This document shows positions 7,518-14,442 of a DNA stretch of 18,494 bases, piece by piece. Origin of the DNA: Gammaproteobacteria bacterium (lineage in GTDB: Bacteria > Pseudomonadota > Gammaproteobacteria > Steroidobacterales > Rariloculaceae); the NCBI GenBank assembly GCA_036526155.1, contig DATCZB010000094.1, forward strand, positions 1-18,494, read 5' to 3'. The notes beneath the pieces were generated by a model that saw nothing but the letters and a program-made list of their open reading frames with translations, was not told the DNA's origin and searched no databases. Position numbers and translations under genes: made by a program. Position 1 is the stretch's first letter; each line of letters begins with the position of its first letter.

Positions 7518-7967
7518 TTATTCAACGACCAGCTTACCCTTCATGAGCACGTAGTGCCCCGGGAAGCTGCAGAAATACGTGTAATCCCCGCCGGGCTCGA
7601 GCGCCGATGCATCGAACGTGACCGAGGTTTCCTCCCCGCCGCCGATAATTGCGGTCGCTGCAATAACGCGCGCATCACCCGCGGGCACATAGTTATTGTC
7701 CATACCGGCAGCCTGACCCGCCATGGCGACGGACTCATAGTTGGCGGTAGTGGTCAGGACCCAGTTGTGGCCCATGATATTGGCGGCGAGTGACCCGACG
7801 TGCCTGAGCGTCAGCGTGAAGGACTCGCAGCCCGAGCTGGCTGTCATCTCGCTCAAATTGAATTGAATCGCATCGTTGCCATCGATCGTGGCGGCACAAT
7901 CCTGTGCCTGGGCAGGTCCTGGTAAGCCGTAGCTTGCGATCAGGGCTGCACCCAAGATCCATCTCAT
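7518..7967 (-). CDS. azu: Azurin (type 1 blue copper protein), Sec signal peptide
   Basis: 149 aa that aligns by eye along its whole length with Pseudomonas azurin. Shared features are DCAATIDGNDAIQFN (disulfide Cys pair), MGHNWVL (Cu His) and YFCSFPGHYVLMKG (Cys, His, Met Cu ligands). The signal peptide ends at AQA. AAGGA lies 8 nt upstream of the ATG. Confidence 0.95.
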   Translation of the reverse strand: MRWILGAALIASYGLPGPAQAQDCAATIDGNDAIQFNLSEMTASSGCESFTLTLRHVGSLAANIMGHNWVLTTTANYESVAMAGQAAGMDNNYVPAGDARVIAATAIIGGGEETSVTFDASALEPGGDYTYFCSFPGHYVLMKGKLVVE

Positions 7968-8064
7968 CGTGTCTGTCCTTTTTATACTTAGCCCGAATGC
8001 GCCTTTCGGGTGCGAATGTTAGCAAATAGAAGCCGACGGAGTAATGCGGAATTTACTGAGAAAT

Positions 8065-9153
8065 TCAGTCCCGGGTAGCGAGATAGGCTTGCTCCGAGAT
8101 CCGCTGCCAGGTCGCCGATTCCTCCAGAAAAGTCCGATACGATTGCCAGACTCTGGCGACGTGGTCGTCCTCCGCCGCGAGCTGCTCGATAACCTCGAGT
8201 GTCAGGCGCGCCAGATTCTCCAGCACAGGTTCCGGAAAGCTCAGAATCTCGACGTTGGGGTTCTGATCGAGCTGGCGTAAGGCGGCAGCGTTGCGGGCCA
8301 TGTATTCCGACGTCATATCCTGGTTCGTGGCCTGGCATGCAACCTCGACGATGGCCTGCAGGTCCGCGGGCAGCGAATCCCAGGCCTCCCGGTTGATGAT
8401 GCATTCGAGCGTCGGCCCGGGCTCCTGCCAGCCCGGATAGTAGTAATAGCGCGCTGCCTGATGCAGGCCCATCGCCAGATCGTTGTACGGCCCGACCCAT
8501 TCGGTGGCGTCGATGCTGCCCGTTTGCAGGGCCGTGAAGATCTCGGAGCCCGCGAGCGTGACGGGCGTGCCGCCGGCCAGCCGCAAGGCTTCGCCGCCGA
8601 CGCCGGGGATGCGCATCTTCAGTCCCTGAAGATCCTCCACCGAATCGATCCGTTTGTTGAACCAGCCGCCCATCTGCACGCCGGTGTTGCCCGCCGCAAA
8701 CGGCATCAGATTGAACGGCTCGTAGGTCTCGCGCCAGAGCTCCATGCCGCCGCCGTGATACAGCCAACCGTTCATCTCGTGAGCATTCATGCCAAACGGG
8801 ATCGAGCAGAAGAACTGAGCCGCCTCGCTCTGGCCGCGCCAGTAGTAGGCCGCGCCGTGCCCCATTTCCGACGTGCCGCGCGAGACGGCGTCGAAAACCT
8901 CGAGGGCGGGGATCAGCTCGTTGGCGGCATAGATCTGGATCTGAATCCGGCCGGCGCTCATCGCCTCGATATACTCAACCAGCGTATTGACGCCGGTGCC
9001 GAGGCCAGGAAAGTTTGGCGGCCAGGTCGTGACGAGCTTCCAGTTGAAGCGCTGTGTCGACGTTTGGGTGGTGGAGCCCGGGTCGGCCTGGGGCGCGCAG
9101 GCCGTGGCGGCGGCTGCGCCGGTCAGGCCGCCGATAAACTGACGTCTCTTCAT
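8065..9153 (-). CDS. TRAP transporter solute-binding protein (DctP/FcbT1-like) with a twin-arginine signal
   Basis: 362 aa. The N-terminus MKRRQFIGGLTGAAAATACA carries an RRxFI Tat motif. NWKLVTTWPPNFPGLG, EMGHGAAYYW and FFCSIPFGM are typical of the TRAP mannitol/chloroaromatic-type SBP family as I recall it. Confidence 0.85.
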   Translation of the reverse strand: MKRRQFIGGLTGAAAATACAPQADPGSTTQTSTQRFNWKLVTTWPPNFPGLGTGVNTLVEYIEAMSAGRIQIQIYAANELIPALEVFDAVSRGTSEMGHGAAYYWRGQSEAAQFFCSIPFGMNAHEMNGWLYHGGGMELWRETYEPFNLMPFAAGNTGVQMGGWFNKRIDSVEDLQGLKMRIPGVGGEALRLAGGTPVTLAGSEIFTALQTGSIDATEWVGPYNDLAMGLHQAARYYYYPGWQEPGPTLECIINREAWDSLPADLQAIVEVACQATNQDMTSEYMARNAAALRQLDQNPNVEILSFPEPVLENLARLTLEVIEQLAAEDDHVARVWQSYRTFLEESATWQRISEQAYLATRD

Positions 9154-9371
9154 GGTCCGATTAGACTCCGATTGTTGTTGGCACAGGTAATTGTTGCTGC
9201 TGGCGCTAGTAATATCAGATCGCGCTCTCGCAGCCCAGAGCGGTGCGGTTTGGTCAATGTGGAGCGCAAAGGAAGGGTGCTCAGAAAATAATAGGCGTCA
9301 ATTGCCCATATTTTAGATATAGTGGAAAATAAAAATCCAAAAGTCACCAATAAGAAGCATAGAGTGGTTAA

Positions 9372-9399
9372 TTGTAATTGATTTATCCGTTATTAGAAT
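9372..9399 (+). promoter_or_regulatory. Candidate sigma70 promoter for the dtd-tat array
   Basis: TTGTAA (9372-9377), a 16-nt spacer, then TAGAAT (9394-9399), inside a roughly 31% G+C stretch. It lies about 50 nt upstream of the dtd GTG start. This is a sequence match only. Confidence 0.35.
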
Positions 9400-9451
9400 A
9401 TTTCAGTGGGATAAGATACGCTCCACTTCTTCAGGCTTCGAGTCTTCGGGC

Positions 9452-9904
9452 GTGATCGCCCTGTTGCAGCGCGTGACCAACGCCAGCGTGAGCGTGGCAG
9501 GCGAAAGCGTCGCCGCCATCGGCCCCGGCGTGCTGGCACTGGTTGCGGTCGAGCGGGGAGACGGCCCCGCCGAGGTGGAGCGCATGGCGGATCGGCTGCT
9601 CAGGTTTCGTCTTTTCAGCGATGCCGGGGGCCGCATGAACCTGGATCTGGTGACTACCGGCGCGGGCCTGCTGCTCGTGCCGCAGTTCACGCTGGCGGCC
9701 GACACCGATTCCGGCCACCGGCCAAGCTTCAGCGGCTCGGCGCCGCCGGAGGTGGCGAAGGCGTTGTTCGACGAGCTTTGCGCGACGATCCGTGACCGGG
9801 GCCAGGCTGTGGAGACCGGGCGGTTCGGCGCCGAAATGCAGGTCAGTCTGGTAAATGACGGTCCGGTTACATTTTCGCTGCGCGTGATGCCGCGACGTTC
9901 CTGA
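9452..9904 (+). CDS. dtd: D-aminoacyl-tRNA deacylase
   Basis: 150 aa. MIALLQRV at the N-terminus, SQFTLAADT-like PQFTLAADT, and GRFGAEMQVSLVNDGPVTF are near-identical to conserved Dtd motifs. GTG start. Confidence 0.93.
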   Translation: MIALLQRVTNASVSVAGESVAAIGPGVLALVAVERGDGPAEVERMADRLLRFRLFSDAGGRMNLDLVTTGAGLLLVPQFTLAADTDSGHRPSFSGSAPPEVAKALFDELCATIRDRGQAVETGRFGAEMQVSLVNDGPVTFSLRVMPRRS

Positions 9905-9955
9905 TCACGCCTTTCGCGTATCATTCAAGATCTAAGACTTTTTCGGAGAAGAGCA

Positions 9956-10204
9956 ATGGGACTAGGCGGAATCAGCCCCATTCAACTGCTGATCATTTTT
10001 GGCATCGTGATTCTGATTTTCGGAACGGCGAAGCTGAAGAACTTCGGCGGTGATCTGGGCGGCGCAATCAAGGGTTTCAAGAAGGCAATGAACGACGACG
10101 AAGACACGTCCGAGTCGTCCAGCGGAGAGGCCAGGCAGATCGAGTCCGACGGCAAGACCGACGCGGAGTTCTCGGAGCAGGCCGAGCAAGAAAAGCAAAA
10201 TTAG
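9956..10204 (+). CDS. tatA: Sec-independent protein translocase subunit TatA/E
   Basis: 82 aa. [27 protein letters not shown] is followed by an amphipathic helix [10 protein letters not shown] and an acidic tail. GGAGAA lies upstream of the ATG. Confidence 0.9.
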   Translation: MGLGGISPIQLLIIFGIVILIFGTAKLKNFGGDLGGAIKGFKKAMNDDEDTSESSSGEARQIESDGKTDAEFSEQAEQEKQN

Positions 10205-10222
10205 TCCGAACGGAGCGCTCTG

Positions 10223-10603
10223 TTGTCCGGAATAGGGTTCTGGGAACTCGTCGTTCTGTTTGTTATCGGACTCCTGATCCTGGGCCCGGAGCGCTTGCCG
10301 CGTGTCGCGACGCAGATTGGACGATGGGTCGGGCGTGCGCGGAGGACGGCGAATCAGTTGCGCTATCAGATTGAGCGAGAAATCGCTCTGGCTGATATCG
10401 AGAAGAAATCGAAAGATCGCGACGACAGGACGCGAGAAGACAGCAAGCCCGCTGTTAACGCCGAACGAAAAGAATCCGGGCAAGACGCACAATCCGATCA
10501 ACAGCAGGGTGAGCCCCCGGCTGCGGGAGCCGACGAGTCGGCGGAAGATGGCGATACGAGCGGCCAGCCCGCTTCCGGTGAAGACGATCGGGAATCGAAA
10601 TGA
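10223..10603 (+). CDS. tatB: Sec-independent protein translocase subunit TatB
   Basis: 126 aa. IGFWELVVLFVIGLLILGPERLP matches the TatB N-terminal signature. The TTG start has GGAG 8 nt upstream. The stop overlaps the tatC ATG (ATGA, 10600-10603). Confidence 0.85.
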   Translation: MSGIGFWELVVLFVIGLLILGPERLPRVATQIGRWVGRARRTANQLRYQIEREIALADIEKKSKDRDDRTREDSKPAVNAERKESGQDAQSDQQQGEPPAAGADESAEDGDTSGQPASGEDDRESK

Positions 10604-11403
10604 CGGACCCCAATCGCATCGAAGGCGGGCGTGAAGAGGAGCTTGCAGAGGGCACACTCGTATCGCACCTGATCGAGCTGAGGCAGCGGCTGTTCCGGGC
10701 AATCATCGCCGTTGTCCTTATCTTCGTCGTGCTGCTTCCTTTCCAGCAGCAGATCTTTAATTTCGTTTCGAATCCGCTGGTGGCAGCGTTGCCCGAAGGG
10801 TCATTGCCTATTTCGACGGGCCCGATCGCACCGTTCATGGTGCCGCTCAAGACAACGCTGTTTGTTGCCTTGTTTGCAGCCATGCCGGTCCTGATCTATC
10901 AGGCCTGGAGGTTTGTCGCGCCCGGGCTCTATCGCAAGGAGAAGCGCTTTGCGGTGCCGCTCGTCTTCACGAGCATCGTCCTGTTTTATGTCGGCGTCGC
11001 GTTCGCCTATTTTGTCGTTTTCGATCTCGTCTTCAGCTTCGTCATTTCTCAGACACCGGACAACGTCCAGGTCGCTACCGACATCGGCGAATACCTGAGT
11101 TTCGTTCTTCGCATCTTTCTTGCCTTCGGTCTGGCTTTCGAAGTGCCGATCGCCACGTTCATGCTCGTCTGGAGCCGGCTCGTTTCCGTGCGGGCGCTCG
11201 GCAAGGCCCGGCCATACGTTTTCCTGGGCGCATTCGTCCTGGGCATGTTCCTGACGCCGCCCGATGCGATTTCGCAGACGTTGCTCGCCGTGCCGATTTA
11301 CGTGCTGTACGAAAGCGGGTTGATAATGGCCCGAATCCTGTTGCGAGATCGTCTCGCCGAAGATTCGGTCGATGCCGAAGACAAATCCGATGAATCGGGC
11401 TGA
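10600..11403 (+). CDS. tatC: Sec-independent protein translocase subunit TatC
   Basis: 267 aa with six TM helices. Contains LVSHLIELRQRL, APGLYRKEKR and the LTPPD motif. Confidence 0.93.
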   Translation: MTDPNRIEGGREEELAEGTLVSHLIELRQRLFRAIIAVVLIFVVLLPFQQQIFNFVSNPLVAALPEGSLPISTGPIAPFMVPLKTTLFVALFAAMPVLIYQAWRFVAPGLYRKEKRFAVPLVFTSIVLFYVGVAFAYFVVFDLVFSFVISQTPDNVQVATDIGEYLSFVLRIFLAFGLAFEVPIATFMLVWSRLVSVRALGKARPYVFLGAFVLGMFLTPPDAISQTLLAVPIYVLYESGLIMARILLRDRLAEDSVDAEDKSDESG

Positions 11404-13276
11404 CCCGCTGCGTCAGCTGACCGTTCGCGCGCTGCTGCTCGGGATCATTCTGTCGGCCGTGCTCGCCGGCGCGAATGCTTATCTCGGCTTGTTTGCAGGG
11501 CTCACCGTATCCGCTTCGATCCCTGCGGCCGTCATGTCGATGGCAATACTCAAGTTCTTTCGCGACTCGAACATTCTCGAGAACAACATTGTCCAGACCG
11601 CTGCCTCGGCCGGCGAGGCGCTGGCGGCCGGCGTCATATTCACGTTCCCGGCGCTGATCATTCTGAATTACTGGAATGCCTTCGATTACGCCTGGGTAAC
11701 CGTCATTGCCGGCCTCGGCGGGTTGCTCGGCGTGATGTTCACGATTCCGCTGCGGCGATCCCTGATCGTCGAGCAACAGCTCGCTTTTCCCGAGGGGACG
11801 GCCACGGCCGAAGTGCTGCGCGCCGGCGACGACCGTGGCGGCGCCAGGCTCATCGGCCTGGCAGCGCTCGTCGGGGCCTTGACCAAGTTTTGCGAGACGG
11901 GTTTCGGGCTCTGGCCGGCGACCGCTCAGGCTGCAGGCTATGCCGGGCGGAGCACGGTCGCGTATGTCGGCTCTAACCTGTCACCGGCGTTGATCGGGGT
12001 CGGCTACATCGTCGGCCTCAATGTTGCCGTGCTGGTGTTTCTCGGCGGGGCAATATCCTGGTATCTGGCCATCCCGATCTACTCGACATGGTTTCTCGAG
12101 ACGGACCCCGCGCTCGCCGGGCAATTTGCGGCTGGCGCGCCGGCGGCCGATCTGGCGGGTGCGATCTGGACCAGCAAGATTCGATACCTCGGTGTCGGCG
12201 CGATGCTTGTCGGCGGCGTCTGGGCACTGTTCTCGATTCGCGGCTCGCTCTGGAGCGGACTGGCGCGCGGCTTCGTCAGTGAAAGCCAGACCGCGCTGCA
12301 TCCGACCGAGCACGATACGCCGATGCGCTGGGTGCTGATCGGGATCGCCGTCTTCGTCGTTCCGATTGCCGCGCTTTACTACGTTATCGTCGGGGTCACC
12401 GGCGCCGCGCTGGCGATGACCATCGTGATGATCGTGGCCGGGTTTCTGTTCTCATCCGTTGCGGCCTACATGGCCGGCCTGGTTGGCTCATCGCAGAATC
12501 CGGTTTCCGGTGTCACCATTGCGACGATTCTGTTCGCCTCGCTGCTGCTCGTCGTCGTCATGGGCCGTGATGCCGGCGTCGGGTCGGCGGCCGCAATCAT
12601 GGTCGGCGCCGTCGTTTGTTGTGCGGCGGCGATCGGTGGCGACAACATGCAGGATCTCAAGGCCGGGTATCTCGTCGGCGCAACTCCCTGGAAGCAGCAA
12701 CTGATGCAAGCCGTCGGCGTCATTTCCGCGGTGCTCGTCATGGCGCCGGTGCTGAATCTCTTGCTCGAGGCCTACGGATTCGGTGCACCGACGGCAGAGC
12801 AGCCGAACGCCTTGCCAGCGCCGCAGGCGACGCTCATGGCGTCGGTCGCCGAGGGCGTGTTCGGCGACGGGCTGCCATGGGGCATGGTCGCGAGCGGCGC
12901 CGGTGTCGGTATTCTGATCATTGTGTTCGACGAGTATCTGAAAGCCGCCCAGAGGGCGTGGCGCGCGCCCGTGCTCGCCGTGGCCGTCGGCCTGTACCTG
13001 CCGCTCGAGCTTTCCGTGCCGATCCTGGTCGGCGGGCTGGTCGCGCATGCAGTTGCGCGCGCATCCGGAGAGGGCGGAGCCGCACGGGCCGGCGTCCTCT
13101 TTGCTGCGGGACTGATCACGGGAGAGGCCTTGCTCGGAATTGCCCTTGCGGTGCCGATCGTTGTCACTGGCGACGCCGACGTTCTGTCGCTCGGGTTCGA
13201 GCTGCCGGCAATCGCCGGCATCATTGTCGTGGCGGGCATCGCGGTGGCGCTCTACAGGGTCGCTTCGAGGCGATGA
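11390..13276 (+). CDS. OPT-family oligopeptide transporter (putative)
   Basis: About 628 aa polytopic protein. LTVRALLLGIILSAVLAGANAYLGLFAGLTVSASIPAAV and QDLKAGYLVGATPWKQQ are typical of bacterial OPT-superfamily proteins. The start is ambiguous between ATG 11390 (14-nt overlap with tatC) and ATG 11372 (32-nt overlap). Confidence 0.85.
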   Translation: MNRADPLRQLTVRALLLGIILSAVLAGANAYLGLFAGLTVSASIPAAVMSMAILKFFRDSNILENNIVQTAASAGEALAAGVIFTFPALIILNYWNAFDYAWVTVIAGLGGLLGVMFTIPLRRSLIVEQQLAFPEGTATAEVLRAGDDRGGARLIGLAALVGALTKFCETGFGLWPATAQAAGYAGRSTVAYVGSNLSPALIGVGYIVGLNVAVLVFLGGAISWYLAIPIYSTWFLETDPALAGQFAAGAPAADLAGAIWTSKIRYLGVGAMLVGGVWALFSIRGSLWSGLARGFVSESQTALHPTEHDTPMRWVLIGIAVFVVPIAALYYVIVGVTGAALAMTIVMIVAGFLFSSVAAYMAGLVGSSQNPVSGVTIATILFASLLLVVVMGRDAGVGSAAAIMVGAVVCCAAAIGGDNMQDLKAGYLVGATPWKQQLMQAVGVISAVLVMAPVLNLLLEAYGFGAPTAEQPNALPAPQATLMASVAEGVFGDGLPWGMVASGAGVGILIIVFDEYLKAAQRAWRAPVLAVAVGLYLPLELSVPILVGGLVAHAVARASGEGGAARAGVLFAAGLITGEALLGIALAVPIVVTGDADVLSLGFELPAIAGIIVVAGIAVALYRVASRR

Positions 13277-14442
13277 CTGTCCGGGCACCGGTCAGCAAGC
13301 TGCCGGACACCGGCACGACGATCTTCACCGTGATGAGCCGACTGGCCGAGCAGCATTCGGCGGTCAACCTGTCGCAGGGGTTCCCTGACTTCGATCCGCC
13401 TGCTCGTCTGATCGAGCTCGTCGCCGACGCGCTCGCGCACGGGAGGAATCAGTATGCGCCGATGGCCGGTGTCACCGGGCTGCGCGAGGCGATTGCCGTT
13501 GGTGTTGCCGAGCGCTTCGGCAGCAGCGTCGACCCGGAGACCGAGATCACGATTACGAGCGGCGCGACGGAGGCGTTGTTCTGCGCCATCATCGCGCTCG
13601 CACGAGCCGGCGATGAAGTCATCGTTTTCGATCCGGCCTATGATTCCTATGAGCCCGCCATCACGCTGGCCGGGGCAAAAACTGTGCATCTGCCGCTTTC
13701 CGGCGCGGCGTTCGCAGTCGATTTCGATCGGTTACGGGATTCCCTGAATGCGCGAACGCGCCTGGTCGTGATCAACACGCCGCACAATCCAACCGGCACG
13801 CTGTTGTCCGCGGCCGACCGCGACCGTCTTGCCGAGGTGCTGGCGCCCTACGACTGCTTCGTCATCAGCGATGAGGTCTATGAGCACATTGTCTTCGACC
13901 GTGCCGGTCACGCGGGGATTCTCGGCCATGCGGGGCTCAGGGAACGCAGCATCGCCATTTCCTCTTTCGGCAAGACGTTTCATGCCACGGGCTGGAAAGT
14001 CGGTTATGCAATCGCGCCGGCGCCGCTGACCCAGGAGTTACGGCGCGTCCATCAGTTTTGCACTTTCGCGACGGCGACGCCGTTGCAATGCGCGATCGCA
14101 GCTTACCTGCACGAGAACCCCCGGCACTATCTCGAGCTGCCGGAGTTCTATCGTGCCAAGCGCGACTATTTCCTCGCCGCGATGGAAGGCACACCGTTCG
14201 GGTTCACGCCGGCGCAGGGGACCTACTTCCAGCTCGCCGACTACAGCTCGATCTCGGACTTGCCCGATGTTGAGTTCGCGCGCCGGCTGACGATCGAGCA
14301 CGGCGTTGCAACGATACCGATCTCTGTTTTCTACGAGTCGCCGCCGGCGTCGAGACTCGTCAGGTTCTGTTTTGCCAAGGAGCGCGCGACCATTGATGAA
14401 GCCAGGCGTCGCCTTAACGACCTCCAACGGCTGGGTTTATGA
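13273..14442 (+). CDS. ybdL: PLP-dependent class I aminotransferase, YbdL-like (methionine aminotransferase family)
   Basis: 389 aa, collinear by eye with E. coli YbdL. Shared segments are GTTIFTVMS, NLSQGFPDFD, NQYAPMAG, VINTPHNPTG, ISDEVYEHI, SSFGKTFHATGWKVGY (PLP lysine) and RFCFAK. The ATG at 13273 overlaps the OPT stop (ATGA). Confidence 0.88.
   Translation: MTVRAPVSKLPDTGTTIFTVMSRLAEQHSAVNLSQGFPDFDPPARLIELVADALAHGRNQYAPMAGVTGLREAIAVGVAERFGSSVDPETEITITSGATEALFCAIIALARAGDEVIVFDPAYDSYEPAITLAGAKTVHLPLSGAAFAVDFDRLRDSLNARTRLVVINTPHNPTGTLLSAADRDRLAEVLAPYDCFVISDEVYEHIVFDRAGHAGILGHAGLRERSIAISSFGKTFHATGWKVGYAIAPAPLTQELRRVHQFCTFATATPLQCAIAAYLHENPRHYLELPEFYRAKRDYFLAAMEGTPFGFTPAQGTYFQLADYSSISDLPDVEFARRLTIEHGVATIPISVFYESPPASRLVRFCFAKERATIDEARRRLNDLQRLGL

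Noticed and set aside
4830-7554. Very long antisense ORFs opposite oxidase subunits I and II (414 aa at 4830-6074 and 453 aa at 6193-7554, + strand).
   Set aside because: Their translations are Arg/Asp/Glu/His/Gly-rich low-complexity strings with no motifs. They lie exactly opposite proteins with unmistakable catalytic motifs. Such shadow ORFs are expected in high-GC DNA because stop codons are rare.
2153-8064. Azurin-oxidase block as a mobile genomic island.
   Set aside because: There is no integrase, transposase or tRNA, and I could find no flanking direct repeats. Spot checks of G+C (about 53-60% in the subunit I and azurin genes, about 75% in the subunit II c-domain) do not clearly differ from the flanks once membrane-protein composition is considered. 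A proper windowed GC/codon analysis and comparative synteny are needed.
7988-8767. 259-aa same-strand, out-of-frame ORF inside the TRAP SBP gene, and the 276-aa antisense ORF at 8461-9291.
   Set aside because: Both have Arg/Gly/Ala-rich nonsense composition, and the SBP frame carries the recognisable family motifs and a Tat signal.
9179-9197. Sigma54-like TGGCAC ... TTG(T/C) motif (TGGCACAGGTAATTGTTGC).
   Set aside because: The GG-to-GC spacing does not fit the -24/-12 consensus. The best TTGC is 4 nt too far, and the correctly spaced element reads TTGT one position off. The motif also points towards dtd from about 270 nt away.
9150-9350. 66-aa ORF on the minus strand in the AT-rich spacer.
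   Set aside because: It overlaps the SBP start codon and has atypical composition for this genome, no SD and no motifs. It is most likely a chance ORF in AT-rich DNA, although Ribo-seq would be needed to exclude a small protein.
9384-9415. Two DnaA-box-like sequences in inverted orientation (TTATCCGTT on +, TTATCCCAC on -) in the AT-rich region, hinting at an origin.
   Set aside because: Each matches only 6 of 9 consensus positions and lacks the CACA end. There is no box cluster, no dnaA/gidA context and no 13-mer-type AT repeats. This is simply an AT-rich promoter region.
9403-10702. Antisense ORFs opposite dtd (173 aa) and tatA/tatB (246 aa).
   Set aside because: These are shadow ORFs of clearly identified genes, with no start context or motifs.
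12616-13272. N-terminal 219-aa extension of the aminotransferase ORF (the ORF track gives 608 aa from 12616), and other out-of-frame ORFs within the OPT gene.
   Set aside because: The extension is an Arg-rich out-of-frame read of the OPT gene. Homology to YbdL begins exactly at the Met at 13273, which forms an ATGA overlap with the OPT stop.
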